A stretch of 41,205 bases of DNA from Burkholderiales bacterium. GTDB lineage: Bacteria; Pseudomonadota; Gammaproteobacteria; Burkholderiales; Burkholderiaceae_C. Position 1 is the stretch's first letter. Each line of letters opens with the position of its first letter. Position numbers and translations under genes: made by a program. Shown here piece by piece: positions 1 through 7,286 of this stretch. The stretch lies in assembly GCA_043760085.1 (NCBI GenBank), contig JAYUPO010000150.1, positions 1 through 41,205 on the forward strand, read 5' to 3'. The notes under the pieces are model-generated. The model did no database searches. It saw only the letters and a list, made by a program, of their open reading frames with translations, and had not been told where the DNA came from.

Positions 1-1661
1 CCCAGCGCCAGCACCACGTAGTCACCAGCGGCCAGATCCAACTGATCCTGCGGCTCGGCGTTGGTGGCTTGCAGCCAGACGTGGCCGCTGTCGCGGATCG
101 CATCGCGCGCGTTCAGCGCCAGGTTCACCAGTGCCAGTTCCAGCTCATTCGGGTCCACCATCACGCTGCGAGTGGAAGCGGCCACATCGAGCGTGACGGC
201 AATGCTTTTGCCGAGCACGGTTTTCATCAGCTCCACCACGTCGGGCAAGAAGGTGCCCAGGTGCACCGCGCGCGGGCGCACCGGCTGGCGGCCCGAAAAG
301 CGCAGCAGGTGCTGGGTCAGGCGGCTGCCCACGTCGACGGCGCGCAGCGTGGCCGCAATGGGCACCAACAAGGCCGGTGCGTCAGTCTGGCGCTGGATCA
401 GGTGCGCGCTGTTGCTGATCACGCCCAGCAGGTTGTTGAAGTCGTGCGCCACGCCGCCGGTGAGCCGGCCCAGGGCCTCGACACGCTGGTTGTGCGACAC
501 GCGCTGTTCGGCCTGCCGGGTGAGCGTCACGGCCTGCGCCACCTGGCGCTCCAGTTCGGCCTTGGCGTCGCGCATCGAGGCACTGGCGGCAGCCAGCGCG
601 CTGGCCACGTCGTCGCACTCCGCGATGCCCGTGGCGTGCGGCTGCACCGCCATGCCGGCCTGCAATTGCGCCGCCGCTTGCTTGAGCGAGTGCACCGGTT
701 TGGAAATGCTGCGTGACACCCACACCGCGCCCAGCATGGCCAGGCCGATCATGGCCAACGCGCCCAGCGAGACCTTCACCACGGCGCTGGGCAGCACGCC
801 GTCGAACTGTTCGCGCGGCATGCCGGTGACGTAGGTCCAGCCCTGCGACGAGGTGCTGAAGTAGCTGGTCACGCGCTGGCCGTCCAGCGTGTTGGCCTGC
901 ACCAGGCCTTCGCGCTCGGCGGCGATGCGCGCGCGCAATTCGGCGGTGGCCGTGCGCCCGGCGTAGGCCGGGCCACCCGGGTGGCGCGCCACCAGCGTGC
1001 CGCTGCCGTCGATGATGGCGCCCACCCAGTCGGCCGGGAGGTGTTGGGCGTCGATGATGCGTTGCATCTCTTCGGGCAACACCGCCAGCGCCAGGTTCAG
1101 CACGACGCGCCCATCGCGCTCCACCGGTTGCACCAGGGTGGCGTATTGCAGGCCCGGCGCTGACGGGCCCGGCAGCGGCAGCAGCAGCGGCTGTGCGCTC
1201 AACGGCCGGGCCGCACCCGGGGCATGCGGTAGCAAGGTTTCGCCGGGGCGGCGGCGCGTGTCGATCAGCAGGCCTTCGCTGCTGCGCACCTCCAGCCAGC
1301 CGGCCAGCCCTTGCAAGGTGCGCCGGCCTTGTTGCTCGAACGCCAGCAGGGTGTCGCGCGGCAACTCGGGAGCGTCGTCGAGCATGCGCGACAAGGCCAG
1401 GCCGCGCAGCAAGTAGGCACGCTGCGCCAATTCGCGATCCACCACCTGCGACAGCGCGCGCGCCGTGTCGGTGAGCAAGCGCTGGTTGGCCTGGCGCTCG
1501 GCGCTGTAGGTCTGTGCCACCAGCCACACGGCGCCTAACACGGCAGGCAACAGCACCGAGGCCACCAGCATCAACAGACGCGAACGGATCGAGACGTTGC
1601 GCGCAGCGCTCACGCTCGCCGCCTGTCGGGGGCTGATGCGCGCTGTGGGTGAAGGGTCCAT
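1..1661 (-). CDS. Membrane sensor histidine kinase (TM - Cache-like periplasmic domain - TM/HAMP - HisKA - HATPase), runs off the left edge
   Basis: Not in the ORF track because no stop lies in the window. Hand translation gives SIRSRLLMLVASVLLPAVLGAVWLV (TM1), the H-box EALGRLTGGVAHDFNNLLGV (~421-480) and LAAGDYVVLAL at the edge. Start is ATG 1661 or GTG 1613. Confidence 0.9.
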   Translation of the reverse strand, partial: MDPSPTARISPRQAASVSAARNVSIRSRLLMLVASVLLPAVLGAVWLVAQTYSAERQANQRLLTDTARALSQVVDRELAQRAYLLRGLALSRMLDDAPELPRDTLLAFEQQGRRTLQGLAGWLEVRSSEGLLIDTRRRPGETLLPHAPGAARPLSAQPLLLPLPGPSAPGLQYATLVQPVERDGRVVLNLALAVLPEEMQRIIDAQHLPADWVGAIIDGSGTLVARHPGGPAYAGRTATAELRARIAAEREGLVQANTLDGQRVTSYFSTSSQGWTYVTGMPREQFDGVLPSAVVKVSLGALAMIGLAMLGAVWVSRSISKPVHSLKQAAAQLQAGMAVQPHATGIAECDDVASALAAASASMRDAKAELERQVAQAVTLTRQAEQRVSHNQRVEALGRLTGGVAHDFNNLLGVISNSAHLIQRQTDAPALLVPIAATLRAVDVGSRLTQHLLRFSGRQPVRPRAVHLGTFLPDVVELMKTVLGKSIAVTLDVAASTRSVMVDPNELELALVNLALNARDAIRDSGHVWLQATNAEPQDQLDLAAGDYVVLAL

Positions 1662-1784
1662 GCCGGGTTTGCTGCCAGTGCGGCGCGCCATGCCCTGCCC
1701 GTTGGCCAGCGCGTGTTGGCACTGAGCCAGGCCCGGCAGGGGCGCTCCGGCGTAGCCCATTTGGGGCCTTGCAGCCTGACAGTG

Positions 1785-1799
1785 GCAACGCGCGTGCCC
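1785..1799 (-). promoter_or_regulatory. Candidate sigma-54 -24/-12 promoter for the histidine kinase
   Basis: Minus strand reads GGGCAC-GCGCG-TTGC, matching TGGCAC-N5-TTGC with exact GG-N10-GC spacing, ~125 bp upstream of ATG 1661. Confidence 0.55.
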
Positions 1800-2043
1800 T
1801 GAGCGCCCCCGGGTTTGCGGGGGGCACAGCGCGGCGTAGCGATCAACCCCTTACCAACCCGGCCCCAGTCGCGCAACAACTGCATCGCTCACCCCCGCAG
1901 CGGCCCGGATGGCCATCGCGTTGGCGATGGGCGGCGGTCGCTGCGCCATTCTGGCGGCAATGGCCAGGCCGGCGGCGGGTTCTCAACCTCCGGCCGGCAG
2001 CAGCGACTCGGCGCCAACTCGCGCCGCATCCAGTGTCACAGCG

Positions 2044-2370
2044 TCAATTGCCAGGCCGCACCACCACGTTGTTGCGCACTTCCTTCACGTCGGGCACGGC
2101 GCGGGCCACGGCGGTGGCCTGGTCTTTTTCGGCCTGGGTGGCGGCCGTGCCCGTCAGTTGCACGGTGCCGCTCTGGGTTTCCACGCCGATGCGCAAGGCA
2201 CTGACGCGGGTGTCTTCGGCAAAGCGTGCTTTCACGCGGGTGGTGATGGTGCTGTCGTCGACCACCTGGGCAACCTTGCTTTGCGTGTTGCTCAGCGTGG
2301 GGTTCTTGTCACAGCCCGCGGCCAGCAGGCCGCTCAGGGTCAAGGCAGCGATCAGTGCAACTCGTTTCAT
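2044..2370 (-). CDS. BON-domain (OsmY-like) lipoprotein, 108 aa
   Basis: MKRVALIAALTLSGLLAAGC lipobox; BON motif VDDSTITTRVKARF...IGVETQSGTVQLTG...VPDVKEVRNNVVV; AGGAG RBS before ATG 2370. The ORF-track start at 3036 is over-extended. Confidence 0.9.
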   Translation of the reverse strand: MKRVALIAALTLSGLLAAGCDKNPTLSNTQSKVAQVVDDSTITTRVKARFAEDTRVSALRIGVETQSGTVQLTGTAATQAEKDQATAVARAVPDVKEVRNNVVVRPGN

Positions 2371-2409
2371 GTCGGTGCTCCTATGCGTTGAAAAGCAGGT
2401 TCGCTGGGA

Positions 2410-2424
2410 GCAAATGCTGTGCCT
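2410..2424 (-). promoter_or_regulatory. Sigma-54 -24/-12 promoter for the BON gene
   Basis: Minus strand AGGCAC-AGCAT-TTGC(T), 40 bp upstream of the ATG. Confidence 0.7.
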
Positions 2425-2490
2425 GCTGCAGTGCGCACGCCGCGCTGAGTGGGCCGTGCGGCGGGCCGAGCGCGAAAGGCGTCGGCAGCA

Positions 2491-2520
2491 TTTACCGCAA
2501 GCTGCGAGCGAATCGGTAAA
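2491..2520. promoter_or_regulatory. Inverted repeat, candidate enhancer (bEBP UAS) between the divergent sigma-54 promoters
   Basis: TTTACCG-N16-CGGTAAA with AT-rich arms in very GC-rich DNA, located between the promoters at 2410-2424 and 2631-2645. Confidence 0.4.
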
Positions 2521-2630
2521 CCTTTCTGGCGCGCCAGCGGCGTGTGCAGCGCAGCCACTGGTGCGGCTTCGGCGGGGCCGCAACGCCAGCCCATGGCGCC
2601 TGCCCGCGCCCAGGGCGGCCAGGCGCAAGT

Positions 2631-2645
2631 TGGCATGGCAGTTGC
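2631..2645 (+). promoter_or_regulatory. Sigma-54 -24/-12 promoter upstream of rpoN
   Basis: (T)TGGCAT-GGCAG-TTGC, near-consensus, 85 bp upstream of ATG 2730. Confidence 0.7.
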
Positions 2646-2729
2646 GACGGGGTGGCCACACAGCCGCTGCGGCCGCAGGGCATTTGACCCGCGTGCCGCA
2701 AAGCCCAGCCCTCGTTCGGAGACCTGCCC

Positions 2730-4163
2730 ATGCCTTCTTTTGATCTGCGTCACGACACCAGGCAGACGCAAGCCATGTCGCCACGGCTGCAGCACGCTGT
2801 GCGCCTGCTGCAAATGTCGTCGCTCGACTTTGCCGCCACGGTGCACACCACGCTGGGCCAGAACCCCTTCCTGGAACTGGAAGACAGCCAGGCCAACACC
2901 GAGGACATTGAGCCGCCGGCGGATACGGCGGGCAGCGATGACGACGACCGTGCCGACGACGACGCCCCGGCGGCAGGTGAAGGCGACAACGACGACCGCG
3001 ACCTGTGGCTGGCCGAGGGCCTGGGCAAGCTGCCACGCAGTGATGACGGTGAAACCACGGCGCTGGATCTGATGGCGGTGGAAGCCTCGCTGGCGCAACA
3101 TCTGCACGCCCAGCTCGGGGCGATGAAGCTCGGCGCGCGCGAGTTGCAGTTGGCGCGTGTCATCGTCGATTCTCTGGACGACGACGGCTACCTGCGCACG
3201 CCGCTGGCCGAGTTGCTTGGCGTGGCGGCGCTGCAGCCCGGCGCCACCTTGCCCGAATGCGAGGCCGCGCTGGTGTGCGTGCAAGGCCTCGAACCCCTGG
3301 GTGTGGCAGCACGCAGCGTGGCCGAATGCCTGCTGCTGCAACTGCCCGCCATCGGCTGCGCGCAAGCGCGGGCCCTGGCCTGCGTCATCATCAGTGAGCA
3401 TCTGCCGCTGCTGGCGGCGCACAACGTGGCGGCGCTGGCCAGGCGCCTGGGCCAGCCGGCGCAGGTGGTGGCCGACACGTGTGCGCGCATCCGCCGCCTC
3501 GACCCGCGCCCGGGCTGGCGCCATGGTTCGTCGCGGGTGGACTACATCGTGCCCGACGTGCTGGTCAAGAAGGTGCGGGGCGTGTGGTCGGTGCAGCTCA
3601 ACCCGGCCATCGTGCCGCGCCTACGGGTCAACCAGGTCTATGCGGAACTGTTCCAGCGCCACAAGACGGCGCAGCATGCCGAGATGGCCGGCCACCTGCA
3701 AGAGGCCAAGTGGACGGTGAAGAACGCGGCGCTGCGGTTTGCAACCATCCTCGACGTGGCCCAGGCCATCGTCAGGCGCCAGCGCCACTTTCTGGAGTTC
3801 GGCGCCATGGCCATGAAGCCGCTGGGCTTGCGCGAGATCGCGGCCGAGGTGGGCGTGCATGAAAGCACCGTCTCGCGTGTCACCAACAACAAGTACATGG
3901 CCACCCCCAGCGGCGTGTTCGAGCTCAAGCATTTCTTCTCGCGCTCCATGGTCAGCGCCAACGGCAGCGAATGCTCCGGCACCGCCATTCGCGGGCTGAT
4001 CAAGGACATGATCGAAACCGAGCCGCAGGCCGCCCCGGCGTCTGACGCCGACATCGCGCGCCAACTGTCTGCGCAAGGGCTGGTGGTGGCCCGCCGCACC
4101 GTCACCAAGTACCGCCAGATGCTCAACATCGAGCCTGTAGAGAGGCGGCGGCGCGCGGCCTGA
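2730..4163 (+). CDS. rpoN: RNA polymerase sigma-54 factor, probably a second paralog (RpoN2-type)
   Basis: Region I MSPRLQHAVRLLQMS, core-binding LDDDGYL, HTH VHESTVSRVTNNKY, RpoN box ARRTVTKYR. Not in the usual lptB-rpoN-hpf context. Confidence 0.95.
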   Translation: MPSFDLRHDTRQTQAMSPRLQHAVRLLQMSSLDFAATVHTTLGQNPFLELEDSQANTEDIEPPADTAGSDDDDRADDDAPAAGEGDNDDRDLWLAEGLGKLPRSDDGETTALDLMAVEASLAQHLHAQLGAMKLGARELQLARVIVDSLDDDGYLRTPLAELLGVAALQPGATLPECEAALVCVQGLEPLGVAARSVAECLLLQLPAIGCAQARALACVIISEHLPLLAAHNVAALARRLGQPAQVVADTCARIRRLDPRPGWRHGSSRVDYIVPDVLVKKVRGVWSVQLNPAIVPRLRVNQVYAELFQRHKTAQHAEMAGHLQEAKWTVKNAALRFATILDVAQAIVRRQRHFLEFGAMAMKPLGLREIAAEVGVHESTVSRVTNNKYMATPSGVFELKHFFSRSMVSANGSECSGTAIRGLIKDMIETEPQAAPASDADIARQLSAQGLVVARRTVTKYRQMLNIEPVERRRRAA

Positions 4164-4201
4164 TCCACGCTGCCGCATGCGGCGTGGCCAGGTTCAAACG
4201 C

Positions 4202-4381
4202 CTACTTGCGCCGGCCCTTGGCGCGGCCGCTGCTGCTGCTCAGCGCGTCGTCTGCCTCATCGGGTGGGCTGGACAGGGGCAGCCCTTCTTCGTCTTCGCC
4301 CATCGAGGTCTGGCCGGCGTCGGGGTCGTCGTCACCTGCGCGCTGGTCACGCGCATTGCGCTGGGGCTTGCCGGCTTGCAT
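4202..4381 (-). CDS. Small acidic hydrophilic protein, 59 aa (hypothetical)
   Basis: MQAGKPQRNARDQRAGDDDPDAGQTSMGEDEEGLPLSSPPDEADDALSSSSGRAKGRRK*; shorter than any ORF in the track; GC3-rich codons; fills the rpoN-to-4492 gap; no strong RBS. Confidence 0.45.
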   Translation of the reverse strand: MQAGKPQRNARDQRAGDDDPDAGQTSMGEDEEGLPLSSPPDEADDALSSSSGRAKGRRK

Positions 4382-4423
4382 GTGGTCAGCGTGTGGCTGG
4401 TGCGGCCATTCGCCGAGCGCTCA

Positions 4424-4440
4424 GGGCACTCGCTTTGCCC
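4424..4440. promoter_or_regulatory. Sigma-54 -24/-12 site, readable in both directions
   Basis: Plus strand GGGCAC-TCGCT-TTGC (54 bp before ATG 4492); minus strand GGGCAA-AGCGA-GTGC (45 bp before ATG 4381). Confidence 0.6.
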
Positions 4441-4491
4441 CGTGGAGCGACCGCCGGCCATGAAGCGCCGGCACCTTCATGCGCGAGCTGA

Positions 4492-5040
4492 ATGAACGAC
4501 ACCTGCAACAACCTGTTAGCGCGGCGCCAGCTCTGGGCGCTGCTTCGTGAGGCCCGGTTCGGCCTCGTCACCACGCGCAGCCGGTCGGGCGTGCTCACGG
4601 CGCGACCTCTCATCACGCACAACGGCAAGGGCGACATCGGCGACGTGCTGCGGTTCTTCGTCTCCAGTGAAAGCCTGTGGTTGCGCGACCTGGCGGGTGA
4701 CGCCAACCTCAACGTCGCCTACACCGCGCCCAGCGGCGACACCTGCCTGTCGATCAGCGGGCGCGGGCGCGTGGTGCGCAACGTGGCGCGGCAAAAGCGG
4801 CTGTGGCTGCCAGCCGCCGCGGCGCAGTTTCCGCTCGGCCCGGCGGACCCGGCATTGCGGCTGCTCGAAGTCGGCATCGAGGTGGCGCAACTGCTGGACA
4901 CGGCCAACCAGTTGCTGCCCTTGCTGTCGCTGCAACAGCGCCTGCCGGCATCGGCAGACCACGTTGCGCCACGCCCGGCCACACAAGTGCGCGGCGGCGC
5001 AGCGTTCGCGCACCAGGCACACGCCAGCGCCCGAGGCTGA
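4492..5040 (+). CDS. Pyridoxamine-5'-phosphate-oxidase-like general stress protein (FMN split barrel), diverged
   Basis: LWALLREARFGLVTT..G.LTARPL..., NVAYTAPSGDTCLSISG, LW...FPLGPADPALRLL follow the general-stress-protein-26 pattern, with several typical aromatic residues replaced. Confidence 0.75.
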   Translation: MNDTCNNLLARRQLWALLREARFGLVTTRSRSGVLTARPLITHNGKGDIGDVLRFFVSSESLWLRDLAGDANLNVAYTAPSGDTCLSISGRGRVVRNVARQKRLWLPAAAAQFPLGPADPALRLLEVGIEVAQLLDTANQLLPLLSLQQRLPASADHVAPRPATQVRGGAAFAHQAHASARG

Positions 5041-5080
5041 CGGCAATTCATGCCGCATGGCGCGTTGCCGCTGGTTGCTG

Positions 5081-5105
5081 GTGGTTCGTGGCTCGTGGTT
5101 CGTGG
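5081..5105. repeat. Heptamer tandem repeat (GTGGYTC) x3.5
   Basis: GTGGTTC GTGGCTC GTGGTTC GTGG in the intergenic gap. Confidence 0.6.
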
Positions 5106-5112
5106 GACGTTT

Positions 5113-5128
5113 GGGCATGCCATGTGCC
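5113..5128 (+). promoter_or_regulatory. Weak sigma-54-like site before the AsmA remnant
   Basis: GGGCAT-GCCAT-GTGC has GG-N10-GC spacing but lies only ~18 bp from ATG 5145. Confidence 0.3.
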
Positions 5129-5144
5129 GCGCTGCGGCCACAGC

Positions 5145-5953
5145 ATGGATGCACACCCGGACCAAGTGGTAAAGGCCTCGCAGCCAGCGCCGCGCGGGCG
5201 CTGGTGGCGCGAGCCGTCTGCGGCGCTGCTGCTCAGCGCGCTGGTGTTGGCCATGGCCGGCGTGGCGAGCGAGTTGGCCGAATGGCCGTTTCTGCGTTCG
5301 CCACTGCAAGCCGCCCTGGTGCGTGCCAGCGGCGTACCGGTTGTGCTGGGGGGTGACTTTGACCTGCGGCTCTTCAGCGCGCCCACCTTGGCCGTGAGCC
5401 GGCTCATGGTCGGTGCCGCCAACGACCTGGCCGTGCCGCACTTGCTCGACGCCCAAGGCGTGACGCTGGCCTGGAGTTGGGCGGCGGCGTGGCGCTGGCG
5501 CCAGGGCGGCCCGCTGCACCTGAAGCGGCTTCACGCGCACACGCTGGATGCGAATTTGCTGCGCCTGGAAGGCCTGCGCGCCGCGGTGGCGGGCGGGCAG
5601 GTCACGGGGTCGACCCGGCTGGGCGCGACGACCGACCCGCCTGGCTGGGCCGCGCCATCATCGACAACGCCGACAGCACCGTGCGCCCGCACGGGCGCAT
5701 CAACCTGCGTGATGAAACGCTGGCGCTGAGCGCCACCGTGCGGCCCAAGGACGTTTCACCGCTGTCGTTGCGCACCCCGTTGCTGGTGACGGGAACGCTG
5801 GCCGACCCGCGCGTGGGCGTCGAAGGCGTCCGCCTGGCCGGCCGGGTGCTGGCCGCACTGGGCCTGGCCGCCATCGCCGGCCCGGCGGGACTGCTGCCCT
5901 TGCTCGACACCGGCGCGGCAGACCAGGCTGACCCCTGCGTCGCGGCGTTCTGA
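5145..5953 (+). pseudogene. AsmA/YhjG-family remnant with large internal deletions and a frameshift
   Basis: N-terminal TM plus WPFLRSPL...GDFDLRL in one frame, a short middle piece LRAAVAGGQVTG, then after ~5648 the C-terminal signature G.INLRDETLAL..RPKDVSPLSLRTPLLVTGTLADP...LLPLLDTG...PC in another frame. About 270 codons versus typically >600 aa for the family. Confidence 0.75.
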
Positions 5954-6376
5954 GCGTGCCGTCCAGGCCGTTGTGCCGCAACACCGTGGCAGTGGGCGAC
6001 ACGGCCGTGCAGGCCAGCACCTCCACGCGGCCGCCCGTGGCACTGCGCTGGTGTGTGCGGATCTGCTGCGTGGCGACCAAACCGTTCAGGCGTTCACGAT
6101 CGGCCTGCGCAGGTCCAGCAGGAACAGGTCGAGCTCGTGCGCGCAGGCGCTGGCCTCCGCTTCGGCGCCGTCGCCAGCGCGCATGGTCACGGCGCCTTGG
6201 CGCTCGAGCAAATCACACGCGTGTTCAAGATGCGCCAGGTTGTCATCGGGCACCAGCACGCGCCACGGCCCGGCGCTGGCGCGCGGCAGCGCCACCGCCC
6301 CTACCGCGGCCAAGGCAACCCGGCCTGGCGGGCGGCTTTCGAACGCACTGCGTAGCGGTTGCACCCAACCGGCCAA
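5943..6376 (-). pseudogene. Frameshifted response-regulator receiver domain
   Basis: RVLVPDDN...AGDGAEA...DLFLLDLRRPIVN in ORF 6086-6376 continues as NGLVATQQIR...VLACTA...GLDGTLRTP in ORF 5700-6080. Removing 8 nt at the CGTTCA-GG-CGTTCA repeat (6083-6096) fuses them in frame. Start uncertain. Confidence 0.75.
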
Positions 6377-6620
6377 CAGCCGGCCTACGCGTTGTGCTGT
6401 GACGGTGTTGAAGTGCCTGATCGCTCAGCGCATGGCAGGGTTCACTCAGGTCAGAGCCTGTGAATGAAACCGGCGCGCCCGTGCCCGCTTCAGTGCGCCG
6501 GGTTGGCGGGCAGTACCTGGCGCACCCATGCCCCAGTCTGTGCCGTGCGCCACACCGCGGGCTTGAGCGAAGTCACGGCCGGCGCGGCGTGCCACGGGGC
6601 TCGGGTAGAGTCGCCGCCCC

Positions 6621-7286
6621 ATGGACATCATGACTTTCCTGCTGAACTTCATCCTGCACATCGACAAGCATCTGATCGAGTTTGTCGCCCAGTACGGCAA
6701 TTGGGTCTACGTGCTGCTGTTCGCCATCATCTTCACCGAGACCGGTGTCGTGGTCTTCCCCTTCCTGCCGGGCGATTCGCTGTTGTTCGTGGTGGGTGCG
6801 CTGTGCGGCTTGGGGCTGATGAGCCTGCCGCTGGTGCTGGTGCTGCTGATCAGCGCGGCTATCCTCGGGAATCAGACCAACTACAGCGTGGGCCGGCACT
6901 TCGGCCCGCGCGTGTTCCAGTGGGAACACTCGCGCTGGTTCAACAAACGGGCCTTTCAACAGGCGCACGATTTCTATGAACGCTACGGCGGGGTGACGCT
7001 GGTTGCCGCGCGCTTCATGCCCTTCGTTCGCACCTTCGCGCCCTTCGTGGCCGGCGTGGCGCAAATGACGCGGCGCAAGTTCCTGTTCTACGACGTGGTC
7101 GGCGCGCTGCTGTGGGTGGGTGGCATCACCATCGCCGGCTACCTGTTCGGCAACCTGCCGTGGGTGAAGGCGCACATGAGCGGCATCATCTGGGCCATGG
7201 TGCTGGTGCCCGGGGCGTTGGCGCTGCTGGGGGCGTGGCGGGCGCGTGCGGTGGCAACGGCTGCGGCGGCTGAAGCAGCCATGTGA
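6621..7286 (+). CDS. dedA: DedA/VTT-family membrane protein
   Basis: IIFTETGVVVFPFLPGDSLLF, GNQTNY, ARFMPFVRTFAPFVAG. Confidence 0.95.
   Translation: MDIMTFLLNFILHIDKHLIEFVAQYGNWVYVLLFAIIFTETGVVVFPFLPGDSLLFVVGALCGLGLMSLPLVLVLLISAAILGNQTNYSVGRHFGPRVFQWEHSRWFNKRAFQQAHDFYERYGGVTLVAARFMPFVRTFAPFVAGVAQMTRRKFLFYDVVGALLWVGGITIAGYLFGNLPWVKAHMSGIIWAMVLVPGALALLGAWRARAVATAAAAEAAM

Noticed and set aside
61-1827. Long ORFs 61-834 (+), 69-716 (+) and 382-1827 (-)
   Set aside because: Antisense or off-frame shadows of the histidine kinase, whose real frame runs off the window; no recognisable motifs.
1815-2043. Possible small gene between the kinase and BON genes
   Set aside because: No frame gave a credible protein with an RBS; only short GC-rich palindromes.
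4468-4482. GGCACCTTCATGC as another sigma-54 site (similarly GGCACTTTGCTGC near 29914)
   Set aside because: GG-to-GC spacing is 9, not the required 10.
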